DNA from: Candidatus Harrisonbacteria bacterium CG10_big_fil_rev_8_21_14_0_10_40_38
Lineage (GTDB): Bacteria; Patescibacteriota; Minisyncoccia; UBA6257; 1-14-0-10-40-38
Direction of reading: 5' to 3'
DNA: 64,000 nucleotides
Assembly: GCA_002773535.1 (NCBI GenBank)
Contig: PFAZ01000001.1
Location: 89,273-153,272, forward strand
In this document: positions 40,077 to 49,473 of the stretch, one piece after another
Layout of the letters: each line of letters starts with the position of its first letter
Position numbering within the stretch: position 1 is the first letter of the stretch
Position numbers and translations under genes: made by a program
The notes under the pieces: generated by a model
Told to the model about the DNA's origin: nothing
Seen by the model: only the letters and a program-made list of their open reading frames with translations
Databases searched by the model: none

Positions 40077-40631
40077 TCAAGAATTGAGATCAACACACTC
40101 TTCTGGAACAAAATACCAAACATCATCCTCACATGATCCAACCAAGAGTAGTCGCCCGCCATTGATGGTAACTATGAGTCCGGGATCAGTATCGCATTTA
40201 CTTTTATCACCAACCGAGCCATTTTGCACTTGAATGTACAACTCTGGGGGCGCTACCAACGAAAACATACCCTCCGCACCATCATCAGATGAAAAACCCG
40301 CCCTGAAACAAACAATGGGAATAGACAAACTAACACACCCACGATCCCACATATAACGTGCAAGTTCTCGTTCATCCTCTTCAGATTCTTGATTCCCTTC
40401 ATGTTGCTGATTTGAACTATGTATATCATTGAACGCCGCTTCAATCAGAACCGATTTCGAAATCGACTCACAAGGCGTATCCGTAAAAAGATACGGCATT
40501 GCAAGTTTGATTGTTTCCAAAATAACCTGATCAGTTTCGGTCATAAGAAGCAGACCCAATTTTGAATTACGTTCATCTCGCGCAAGACGGGCAATGGCCG
40601 GCCAGTTCTTGTAAAGTTTTTGCCACGACAT
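40077..40631 (-). CDS. hypothetical protein (cassette)
   Basis: TTTACA-16-TATAAT, AAGGAG SD, terminator 40021-40049. Confidence 0.65.
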   Translation of the reverse strand: MSWQKLYKNWPAIARLARDERNSKLGLLLMTETDQVILETIKLAMPYLFTDTPCESISKSVLIEAAFNDIHSSNQQHEGNQESEEDERELARYMWDRGCVSLSIPIVCFRAGFSSDDGAEGMFSLVAPPELYIQVQNGSVGDKSKCDTDPGLIVTINGGRLLLVGSCEDDVWYFVPEECVDLNS

Positions 40632-40764
40632 GTCTCTCTCCTTCGTATTTCTGGTTTTTCAAACAACAAACAACCAAAAAATTATACACAAATAAAAATT
40701 CTTGTAAATCCCTCATCCTTCTCCCAATCTCTCAAAGCATTAAGAAAAGCCCAACCTTTCTCGA

Positions 40765-40870
40765 TAACAAAACATATATTTTAAAACCTCGGGCTGGCAA
40801 CGGGGTCAAATATCTCGATCGGAACGATCTTTTATAAATAGAGGAGGGTTTTAAAATATATGTTTTGTTA
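40765..40870. repeat. 106-bp element with perfect 24-bp terminal inverted repeats (MITE-like)
   Basis: TAACAAAACATATATTTTAAAACC / GGTTTTAAAATATATGTTTTGTTA. Confidence 0.75.
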
Positions 40871-42919
40871 CAAACCTCTCCCTTTGCTTTTCTTAATCAA
40901 AACTCTCATTTCGTCTCTCAAAATCGCAGCTAGCTCAAAGTCCAGTTGCTTCGCCGCCTCCTTCATTTCCAATTCTTTTTCTTTGATTAGTTTTTCGATA
41001 GCAGTTTTTGATTTCGGCATCGGTTTCATTTCAAAACGAAGCACATCTTCCGCCAACTTACCCTTTTCATCATATTCAGGAAGAATATCCTTAACAGCTT
41101 TAATAATTGTTTTCGGCGTAATGCCATGTTTCTTGTTATATTCCATCTGCAATTTTCTCCTTCTATCGGTTTCTCTTACAGCTCTTTCGATTGAACCGGT
41201 TATACGATCAGCATAAATCACCACTTCACCGGCAACGTTTCTTGCCGCGCGCCCAATAGTTTGAATGAGCGATGTTTCACTCCTCAAAAATCCTTCTTTG
41301 TCAGCATCTAAAATCGCCACCAGTGAAACTTCTGGCAAGTCTAATCCCTCACGAAGCAGGTTTACACCAACAAGCACATCAAAATCCCCTCTTCTAAGCG
41401 CGGTTAATATTCTTATCCTATCGAGTGTTTTCACGTCACTATGTAAATAAGCAACCTTCGGCTTCAAGTTTTTAGTTTTTAGTTTTAAGTTCGCAAGATA
41501 TTCCGAAAGATCTTCAGCCATCTTTTTTGTAAGCGTCGTAACTAAAACTCTTTCTTTTTTTCCAACCCTCTCTACGATCCTTTCGATCAAGTCATCTATC
41601 TGACCCAAAACCGGCCTCATGGTAATTTTTGGATCAACGAGCCCGGTCGGCCTGATAATCTGCTCAACAACCTGACCCGTTCGCGTGTTGCTTGTCACTT
41701 GCCGCTCGTAAGGTCCCGGTGTAGCCGATGTATACACAATATTCGAAACTCTCTTTAAAAACTCATCAAATTTCAAAGGCCTGTTATCCGCCGCAGAAGG
41801 CAGTCGAAACCCATATTCTATTAAAGTCTTTTTACGAGAAGCATCGCCTGCGTGCATTCCCTGGATCTGCGGCACAGTTACGTGAGATTCATCAATAACA
41901 GTCAAAAAGTCGGGTTTTCCGTCCTTTGTTTTTGGAAAATAATCCAAAAGCGTATCTGGCGGCGCTCCGGCAGCTCTCCCTGAAAGGTGACGCGAATAGT
42001 TTTCAATTCCATTACAATAACCAATCTCGTTTATCATCGCGATATCAGCCTTAGTTCTTCTTTCAAGTCTTTCTGCTTCAAGATATTTTTTTTCTTTCTC
42101 AAATTTTACGAGCTGCGCTGAAAGCTCCTTTCGTATAGCAGCAACAGCTCTTTGCCTATCATCTTTTTGAGTAATAAAATGCTTTGCGGGAGAAATTATG
42201 AGTTCTGGTATTAATGGAGTTTTACCGGGTTGAAAACCAGCAACAGGATCAACCTCAAAAATTTTCTCAATTACGCCATCGTGAGTTTTCACAAAATAAA
42301 TCAACTCTCTGTCAGGAGGCATTATTTCCCATTGATCACCCCTAAGACGAAAACTTCCACGTTTTAAGTCGGCAGATGTCCTCGTAAAATGAAGCTCGAT
42401 AAGTTTGCGGGCAAAAGACGCTCTATCAATCTTATCGCCCTCTTTAAAATGAAAAATGTTTTGCGCATAAACTTCCGGCGCGCCAAGTCCGTATATGCAC
42501 GAAACCGAAGCGACAACTATCACATCACGTCGCGTGAGAAGCGCAGTCGTAGCCGCATGTCGCAATTTATCAATCTCATCGTTTATCATCGCCTCTTTTG
42601 CGATATATGTGTCCGACATCGGCATGTATGCCTCCGGCTGATAGTAGTCGTAGTATGAAACAAAATAATGAACCGCGTTATTCGGAAACAATTCCCGAAA
42701 CTCATTGGCAAGCTGTGCCGCCAAAGTTTTATTGTGAGCGATTACAAGAGCCGGTTTATTTATTTCCGCTATCACGTGCGCCGCAGTGAAAGTTTTTCCG
42801 CTTCCGGTAACACCAAGAAGGATCTGATTTCGCAGATTTTTTTTGATACCAGAAACCAAAGCGGATATCGCTTTAGGCTGATCCCCAGCCGGTTTGTTTT
42901 TTGATTCAACACGAAACAT
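40868..42919 (-). CDS. uvrB: excinuclease ABC subunit B
   Basis: GVTGSGKT, YYDYYQPEAY, DESH, NLLREGLD; start probably 42919. Confidence 0.97.
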   Translation of the reverse strand: MFRVESKNKPAGDQPKAISALVSGIKKNLRNQILLGVTGSGKTFTAAHVIAEINKPALVIAHNKTLAAQLANEFRELFPNNAVHYFVSYYDYYQPEAYMPMSDTYIAKEAMINDEIDKLRHAATTALLTRRDVIVVASVSCIYGLGAPEVYAQNIFHFKEGDKIDRASFARKLIELHFTRTSADLKRGSFRLRGDQWEIMPPDRELIYFVKTHDGVIEKIFEVDPVAGFQPGKTPLIPELIISPAKHFITQKDDRQRAVAAIRKELSAQLVKFEKEKKYLEAERLERRTKADIAMINEIGYCNGIENYSRHLSGRAAGAPPDTLLDYFPKTKDGKPDFLTVIDESHVTVPQIQGMHAGDASRKKTLIEYGFRLPSAADNRPLKFDEFLKRVSNIVYTSATPGPYERQVTSNTRTGQVVEQIIRPTGLVDPKITMRPVLGQIDDLIERIVERVGKKERVLVTTLTKKMAEDLSEYLANLKLKTKNLKPKVAYLHSDVKTLDRIRILTALRRGDFDVLVGVNLLREGLDLPEVSLVAILDADKEGFLRSETSLIQTIGRAARNVAGEVVIYADRITGSIERAVRETDRRRKLQMEYNKKHGITPKTIIKAVKDILPEYDEKGKLAEDVLRFEMKPMPKSKTAIEKLIKEKELEMKEAAKQLDFELAAILRDEMRVLIKKSKGRGL

Positions 42920-42938
42920 AAGGAGAAGAATACTGATA

Positions 42939-43160
42939 TTACTGAATAATATCAAAAACCTTTTCCCTGCTTGTAAAACCAGATACTAGCTGAACAGATG
43001 ATTTAGAAACACCAAAAAAATCAGCAAGCGCGGCAGCTATTGCCCTATTCGCCATTCCCTGACGCGGAGGTTCTGATACATAAACAGAAAAATGCGTGTC
43101 GTCATTTTTAACCACACGCTCATTTTTTGAATTCGGAGTTGCTCTTACAAATATTCTCAT
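42939..43160 (-). CDS. DUF167/YggU family protein
   Basis: PPRQGMAN, VSGFTSREK. Confidence 0.85.
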   Translation of the reverse strand: MRIFVRATPNSKNERVVKNDDTHFSVYVSEPPRQGMANRAIAAALADFFGVSKSSVQLVSGFTSREKVFDIIQ

Positions 43161-43588
43161 CAGCGTATACCCGTATCACACTCTAAAACCAAATCGTCTA
43201 TAGGAGAGGCTTCTTCGACCAATATTTCTTTTGGTCTACAAAGAGGAAGTACAGCCCCACCAGCAGGTGTAAAGACATATCTACCAGGTTCAAGCTTTAT
43301 AGAAAACCTCCCACGGTAATCAGAAAATATTTCTTGTGAAAAATTATAACAGCTATCATCCCTGACACACGAAATGCTTCCAGTAACCAAGATAGATGTC
43401 TCATACGCCTCATCAGCACAATTTGTCTCGTCGCCCGCTCTTTGAACTGGGCACGATGGTCCTAAAACAATCTCACCCGAAACAGAAATCAGAGAGGAGG
43501 TTGGCGCGACAGTTTGCTTTGGAAAAAAGAAATACAAAAGAAATCCGCAAACAACAACTAAAAATAAAATTATAAAAAACTTATTCAT
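43160..43588 (-). CDS. membrane-anchored hypothetical protein
   Basis: TM anchor; GPSCPV...C, GRFSIKLEPGRY, DTGIR. Confidence 0.75.
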   Translation of the reverse strand: MNKFFIILFLVVVCGFLLYFFFPKQTVAPTSSLISVSGEIVLGPSCPVQRAGDETNCADEAYETSILVTGSISCVRDDSCYNFSQEIFSDYRGRFSIKLEPGRYVFTPAGGAVLPLCRPKEILVEEASPIDDLVLECDTGIR

Positions 43589-44004
43589 AAATCACTCTTT
43601 TTAGAAGAAGGATCAAATGAAAGACAAACGGAATTTATGCAATATCTTTTCCCTGTTTTAGTCGGACCATCGTCAAAAAGATGCCCCAAATGACTTCCGC
43701 AGTTCTTACAAATAACTTCCGTTCTATGCATCCCGTGACTATTATCTTCCCGAAGCTCAACATGTTCGAGATTTGCCGGTTCATCAAAGCTCGGCCAACC
43801 GGTTCCAGAATCAAATTTTGCACCAGATGAAAAAAGCTCCGCTCCGCATGCAGCACACTTATACATTCCAGTTTCATGCACGTTCCAAAATGCACCAGAA
43901 AAAGGACGTTCGGTTCCTTGTTTGCGCATCACTTCATACTGATCAGGTGATAATTTCTTTTTCCACCCTTCTTCGGTTTTAGGAAGTTTTTCCTTTTCTT
44001 CCAT
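43585..44004 (-). CDS. msrB: peptide-methionine (R)-S-oxide reductase
   Basis: GTERPF, KFDSGTGWPSF, HLGHLFDDGP, RYCINS; start 44004. Confidence 0.95.
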   Translation of the reverse strand: MEEKEKLPKTEEGWKKKLSPDQYEVMRKQGTERPFSGAFWNVHETGMYKCAACGAELFSSGAKFDSGTGWPSFDEPANLEHVELREDNSHGMHRTEVICKNCGSHLGHLFDDGPTKTGKRYCINSVCLSFDPSSKKSDL

Positions 44005-44006
44005 AA

Positions 44007-44210
44007 TTACTTTTTTGGTCGATTTGCCACCATAAAAATGTAAATAATTTCCAGGACACCCAAAGTATTCACAAGAAGAAGAGCCACAAACCATGCGAGA
44101 TCTTTTCTTCTTCCTGCTTTCCATAAAGCGACACCCTTCCACGGCAAAGTCCACACAACCAAAGCTGCTATTAGAAACGGATGAGACGCCAAATATTGCC
44201 CAATAAGCAT
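44007..44210 (-). CDS. DUF5652-like small membrane protein
   Basis: WKGVALWKA...WFVALL.VNTLGVLEIIY. Confidence 0.8.
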   Translation of the reverse strand: MLIGQYLASHPFLIAALVVWTLPWKGVALWKAGRRKDLAWFVALLLVNTLGVLEIIYIFMVANRPKK

Positions 44211-44254
44211 ATCCTTATTATGGCACTAAACCATGAAATTAACAATAAGAAAAA

Positions 44255-46435
44255 TTACGGACTCCAAGCACAATCATAAGTAGTATATGTATCATCTTCA
44301 GGGGTCGCAGTATTATTGTCGCACTTAAACGTACATGTATCATTTTGCGTACATACAAGTTCATCATCTGCTCCACATCCATCAACAATCTTGCAGTCAG
44401 CAGTAATCGCAGCAAGGCATTTACAAGGCTTTGGAGTTGGAGAAGAATCGGGTCGTCGCCACCCCTCTATGTCATCATCAGGTCCAACCGGTGGAAGATC
44501 CCCATCGAGATCAATCGCCCAAGAACAACCGGGGATATTAACATCTGGTTGATGACCCCTAGTCTCACTCACGCACGCATCATATCCATCACCAAATCTT
44601 TTCCAACTATCTGGCACGGAAAAATCGCATACCTCATGTTCTCTCGTGCTTCCGGTTTTTAAATCAATCTGCTTATTACCACAGTTGCTGGTTGAGAAAC
44701 AGAAATTATCAAACCTCGCATCACCGCTAAAATTCGCATTATAGTAACAATGATTTACAGAATCGGAATGCGGATATTCATATGCGAACCCGCAAGTACT
44801 TCCCACGGGTGGAGGATCATCACGATAAACAACATCTACGCATCCGTTTGCCGGATCATGATTATCGAGACAAGAAAGATACGTCCCGCCCTCCTCACTA
44901 AACTTATTTTGAAAACTCCCTCCGGATAAAGGTATGTCATTAAAACCTTGCCAGAAAAAAAGTTCACACTTCTCATCCAGCCTTACAGGATATTTCGTAA
45001 CATCTCTTTCAAGTTGAGCATCACCACACCTGTCTCCAGGGTTCGATCCACCTTCTGGTGGGCTTACAAAAAAGCCAGGTAAACCCAAAAATTGAGGGAA
45101 ATCCCAAGCAGCATAAGCTTTTAATCTACACGCTTGTTCTCTTACAAGCGTAGGAAAAGGCGAGGGATAAAGTGGATAACTCGGATAAAGCATGTTATTT
45201 ACATCAAGTCCGTGAGTATATAGAGAAAAATCTTTCCAATGCTGCAGACCTAAGCCATGAGATATTTCATGAGCTAAAATCGTGCTTCTTCCTATCAGAT
45301 ATTGATCCTCATCATCAATATAGCCACCTTCGGGTGGATAAAAAACAAAATTATGAACACCTGAATTTTCATCAACCAAGCGCGCGCTATCATATTCCAA
45401 GGCATCAAAAGAAATTATGCCAACATTTTTAAGCGGAAAATAATATCCATAAATCGAAAAATCTCCACGAGAATTAAGAATGTCATCAACAACAAAAAAT
45501 GGCACTGATGGATAAAGGTCAAAACCAGATCTAATCAACGAAGCATCCGGTATAAACGGCTGAGTAACTCCGACTCCATGATATCTACTCGAGTCATTAG
45601 CATACATTACTGGTCCAAAGCCGGTATCAAACGACTGTATTGGTGGTATAGGCCCCATGTCCACTAGTCGTATATTTGTAATCTCAACATCAATTGGCCT
45701 TTGGTTAAATCCATACGGCTCAAGAGACCTCCTAAAAATTTCGGTCACACGTTCAACAACACTCTGCATTTTCGAAACTTTTTCTCGAAACGTATACTCT
45801 CCCAAATCAGGTGTTCCATAGTACGGAAACAAAAGTGAAATAGGTATAGTGATTCTAGTTCGTGAGTCGGAAGTAAGATCAAATTCTTTCTCAGAAAAAC
45901 CATTCATTTTCGACACGTCCTTAACGAGCGAAAACAAATCTCGCGGTTCCGTGTACACAAACCGCTCAGGATATTGAGAAGGATCTTTTTCGCCAGTAGC
46001 GGTAAAATTTGTAGAAGCCCTGCAATACCCACTCGATGTCTGAAGAGTCGTAGAAATTGTGTGTTTCCCTATCGGCCAACCGATATTCGACAATTTTGAA
46101 AAATTAACAGACGAGAAAAGATCATCTACCAGCTCTTCAAACGGATAGAATGTCCCATCAATAGAAATATTTACTATTTTTGAGATAAGTGGGTTTGATC
46201 CAGATCGAGAAATTGCCGAAACAGAAAACTCGCCAACAACATCTGTGTCTTGATTAATTTCCGCGCCAGAATGTGGCGAAGAAAATATGCATTTTACAGG
46301 AGGTGATATTTGAGCAAGTAATGTCAAAGAATCAGGTGCATTAAATCCAAAACCGTTAAAAAAAACAAAAACACTGGACAACAAAAACAAAATCCCTACA
46401 AAAACATATCCGACGCCAAGTGCCCGATTTCTCAT
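44255..46435 (-). CDS. secreted metzincin-type zinc metalloprotease with Cys-rich C-terminus
   Basis: N-terminal TM, HEISHGLGLQH, downstream Met-turn-like NMLYP, CGD/CGN...ExC repeats. Confidence 0.75.
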   Translation of the reverse strand: MRNRALGVGYVFVGILFLLSSVFVFFNGFGFNAPDSLTLLAQISPPVKCIFSSPHSGAEINQDTDVVGEFSVSAISRSGSNPLISKIVNISIDGTFYPFEELVDDLFSSVNFSKLSNIGWPIGKHTISTTLQTSSGYCRASTNFTATGEKDPSQYPERFVYTEPRDLFSLVKDVSKMNGFSEKEFDLTSDSRTRITIPISLLFPYYGTPDLGEYTFREKVSKMQSVVERVTEIFRRSLEPYGFNQRPIDVEITNIRLVDMGPIPPIQSFDTGFGPVMYANDSSRYHGVGVTQPFIPDASLIRSGFDLYPSVPFFVVDDILNSRGDFSIYGYYFPLKNVGIISFDALEYDSARLVDENSGVHNFVFYPPEGGYIDDEDQYLIGRSTILAHEISHGLGLQHWKDFSLYTHGLDVNNMLYPSYPLYPSPFPTLVREQACRLKAYAAWDFPQFLGLPGFFVSPPEGGSNPGDRCGDAQLERDVTKYPVRLDEKCELFFWQGFNDIPLSGGSFQNKFSEEGGTYLSCLDNHDPANGCVDVVYRDDPPPVGSTCGFAYEYPHSDSVNHCYYNANFSGDARFDNFCFSTSNCGNKQIDLKTGSTREHEVCDFSVPDSWKRFGDGYDACVSETRGHQPDVNIPGCSWAIDLDGDLPPVGPDDDIEGWRRPDSSPTPKPCKCLAAITADCKIVDGCGADDELVCTQNDTCTFKCDNNTATPEDDTYTTYDCAWSP

Positions 46436-46503
46436 ATAAAAATTATAGCAAAAAGAGCACTACCCAAACTGTGGAATAGTGCCCTTTTTGTAAAACAAAT
46501 GTC

Positions 46504-46740
46504 TTAATGAGGCATTGGAGAGCCCATTCCGGAGCCCTGCCCCTTCCCGCACATCTTGCAGTCTTTCTTATGAGTAAAGAGCATTACAAGCGCAGAAAGA
46601 CCAACTAAGATATAAATGATTGTAGCAACTGTTGAACCAAGAATTGATGCGAGATCCCAACTGCTAAACAAACCAACTAGAAGCCAATTTAACCCTCCAA
46701 TTACAAGAAGGATAAAGGCTACCATGTGAAGACCTTTCAT
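46504..46740 (-). CDS. DUF378-family membrane protein
   Basis: LLVIGGLNWLLVG, IYILVGLSA; start 46740. Confidence 0.85.
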   Translation of the reverse strand: MKGLHMVAFILLVIGGLNWLLVGLFSSWDLASILGSTVATIIYILVGLSALVMLFTHKKDCKMCGKGQGSGMGSPMPH

Positions 46741-46851
46741 AGATGATAAAATGAAAAAGTTAACTATATCGACCTTGATGGTTTTATCTATTAATTGTAA
46801 ACCACAGCGCGAATCGTTACAAAGAATTATCCACAGTGATATAATAAAATC

Positions 46852-47256
46852 ATGACAAGTCTCTGGCACGTAAAAGTGGGCATACTTCTCTTAAAGATAG
46901 GTATCGCATCGGTATTTTTTTATGCGGGCATCGCTTCCTTCCTAGATCCTCTTTCATGGGTTGGATACTTCCCTCACTGGCTTCGCGATCTTTTTCCAGA
47001 AGCTCTTTTGTCTACTGGCTTTTCAATTTTTGAGATCGCGCTTGCGCTTTGGGTTTTATCAACTTGGAAAACAAAATACGCCGCTTTAGTTTCAACTTTT
47101 ACTCTAGTTGGAATCATAATCGCTAACATGAATCTTATCGATATCCTATTCAGAGACTTGGCAATCCTCTTTAGCTCGCTCGCGCTCTTTATGCTCTCAC
47201 CAACCCAAAAAACGATAAGCCATGAACACGCAGGAGAAAAAGTCAGCGAAGCCTAA
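46852..47256 (+). CDS. DoxX-family membrane protein
   Basis: four TM, FFYAG, FEIALAL, RDLAI. Confidence 0.8.
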   Translation: MTSLWHVKVGILLLKIGIASVFFYAGIASFLDPLSWVGYFPHWLRDLFPEALLSTGFSIFEIALALWVLSTWKTKYAALVSTFTLVGIIIANMNLIDILFRDLAILFSSLALFMLSPTQKTISHEHAGEKVSEA

Positions 47257-47286
47257 AGGTCGCACAAAAAATCTTTTAAAATAAAT

Positions 47287-47751
47287 ATGTCTACACGCTT
47301 TTGGACACTCTTCGGAATCATAATAGTTGCAGTTGTTGCAATTATCGCGTTAAGCGGAAACACCACGCCAAAAAATAACGAATCAATGGAAGAGATTTTA
47401 AATAATACCGTTCTGGTAAATCTCGCAACGCAAAATAATTCAGGTGAAACTGGTACGGCAGCAATTGTTGAAGAAAATGGAAAAATCAAAGTACTGGTGA
47501 ATATTTCAGGATCACCGGAGAATGACCAACCGATGCACATACACGAAGGCACATGTGAAAGTTTAGGACCAATTAAATGGGAATTAAACCCGATAAAAAA
47601 TGACGCATCGGAAACCATGCTCCCTATTTCAAAAGAAGAAATAAAAACTAATCTGCCACTCGCCATAAACGTTCACAAATCACAATCTGAACTCAAAGAA
47701 TATGTAGCATGCGGAAACATATCATCTGATATGTTCATGATGGAAAACTAA
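47287..47751 (+). CDS. exported Cu/Zn-SOD- or CHRD-like protein
   Basis: QPMHIHEGTC, AINVHKS, YVACG. Confidence 0.65.
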   Translation: MSTRFWTLFGIIIVAVVAIIALSGNTTPKNNESMEEILNNTVLVNLATQNNSGETGTAAIVEENGKIKVLVNISGSPENDQPMHIHEGTCESLGPIKWELNPIKNDASETMLPISKEEIKTNLPLAINVHKSQSELKEYVACGNISSDMFMMEN

Positions 47752-47818
47752 TTTTTTTAAAAAAGAAAAAAGGCGGTACCAAAAACTTGGTACCGCCTTG
47801 CCATTTGGCAAAAAAGAA

Positions 47819-49285
47819 CTAAAACGCTACAGGCCAGACCACCCTCGCATCACCCTGCTTATCAATGATGAAAAGGCTATCCACTCCGCTACCGACACGC
47901 TGTTCGGGAAATTCTACCCTGCCGTCTTCATTTGTCACACCATCGACAACAAAAATCTCCTCTTGAGCCCCAGGACGTACGACATACATCCGAAGCTGGA
48001 GGTTTTCGATCGACGGATGCGACTGCACAGCGACGGAATAAAACGAGTCTTTTTGATCGATTTCCAGTTCAAGCCCGTCGATCCCCGAAGCAGGAATTCC
48101 AAATATCGGCAGATATCCTCGAATATATGCGTTTTCGATGTCACCGCCGACAAAATCTCTCACCGCGCGAACTCCCTGCGCTATTCCATATCCATCACTG
48201 GAAAAAGATCCGTACAACTCACCACTCCTATCGGAGAGCAAAAAGTGGTTACATGTCTTATCCTTCAGACTCGACACGAAATCACGCATTTCATCCCACA
48301 CAGTCCAAAATTCCTGCGAACCTTTTGTAGCCTGACCGATAGGCAGAGACAATGAAAGCACTTCGCTTGCCCATGCGAGAGAAAGCGCGCTCATCATATA
48401 TCCGCCAATCCAGGCAGAATTAAGTACACCACCGGGCGTGTCCCGCACGTATTCACGAACAGTGTCCATCATAAACATCGTCGCGCTGTACACAACGAAA
48501 TAAGAATCAATGACATATTCCTGAAAAGGGTTGTGGCCCAAATTGGAATAAAATGCATCAAGTCCTTCAATTGTAGGCGGGTCTCTGCCCAGTACCAATG
48601 CTAATGAATCGTTCATTGCAAGAAACGCACGATCCACTTGAGTGAGATTGAAACTCCAAAAACTTGGAGACCAACCATTGTACCTCCCAAACCGAGTCGG
48701 TGAACCAGACATCGCCGCAATGATCACACCATCCAAGTACTGAGCTATCTGAACACCCTCAGCCAATCGGACAAGAGTGTTTTCCGAATGGAGATCGCGA
48801 TCAGTCGCGATTTCCAACTGGCTCGTATCCGAAAGTGCTTCGAGTGCTGCAAGCTGCAAACCGGTCACTGCGGCAAACGACGGAAATCCATCCCCCCACT
48901 CATTGATCGTTTCGCCTTCAGTTATACGAAGCGTCATCCGTTCAGAAAGACTTTCTCTGTCACCGTCATGTCGAACAACTCTAAGAAAAGCATCTCCAGG
49001 AAGAAACCCGTAGTCCAGAGTCAATCTACCCAAAGGTGCGATTGCCTCCAGTCGATCACGCCGGGAGTCCACTCTCGTGGGCACCCGCACCGAGATGTCG
49101 CCGAAGTCGTACTCAACTTCGTATTCTCGGTTCGGATCGAGGTTCTCAACCTTGATCTGAATCAGAGAGAAAGGCCCTGCCTCTCCTGTAATGAGTTGTG
49201 ACTTCAGAGTAGCTTCAGGAGAGCTTGATCTCCCGCTCTTGCATCCAGAAGTCAAAACAACCAAAAATATCAAGAAAAATCTCAC
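47819..49285 (-). CDS. hypothetical lipoprotein (GC-richer cassette)
   Basis: lipobox TSGC, GAGGAGGT SD, TTGACA promoter about 49345-49374, terminator 47765-47798. Confidence 0.75.
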   Translation of the reverse strand: MRFFLIFLVVLTSGCKSGRSSSPEATLKSQLITGEAGPFSLIQIKVENLDPNREYEVEYDFGDISVRVPTRVDSRRDRLEAIAPLGRLTLDYGFLPGDAFLRVVRHDGDRESLSERMTLRITEGETINEWGDGFPSFAAVTGLQLAALEALSDTSQLEIATDRDLHSENTLVRLAEGVQIAQYLDGVIIAAMSGSPTRFGRYNGWSPSFWSFNLTQVDRAFLAMNDSLALVLGRDPPTIEGLDAFYSNLGHNPFQEYVIDSYFVVYSATMFMMDTVREYVRDTPGGVLNSAWIGGYMMSALSLAWASEVLSLSLPIGQATKGSQEFWTVWDEMRDFVSSLKDKTCNHFLLSDRSGELYGSFSSDGYGIAQGVRAVRDFVGGDIENAYIRGYLPIFGIPASGIDGLELEIDQKDSFYSVAVQSHPSIENLQLRMYVVRPGAQEEIFVVDGVTNEDGRVEFPEQRVGSGVDSLFIIDKQGDARVVWPVAF

Positions 49286-49473
49286 CTCTCACCTCCTCGT
49301 ATTTTGCGAAGCATTCGCTTTGTTAACGACCAAACTGGTATATATAATACATTATTTTATATGGATTTGTCAATATTAGAAAAAACAACCGCATTTGACA
49401 AGAATCTCAATATCTATTACTATATACAAGCTAACAAAAACCCCAAAAAAAGGTTATATATTAATGAAAAGAC

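Noticed and set aside
47798-49201. + strand ORFs (185, 132, 137 aa) opposite the 488-aa lipoprotein
   Set aside because: Shadow frames of a GC-richer gene; the - strand ORF has the promoter, SD, lipobox and terminator
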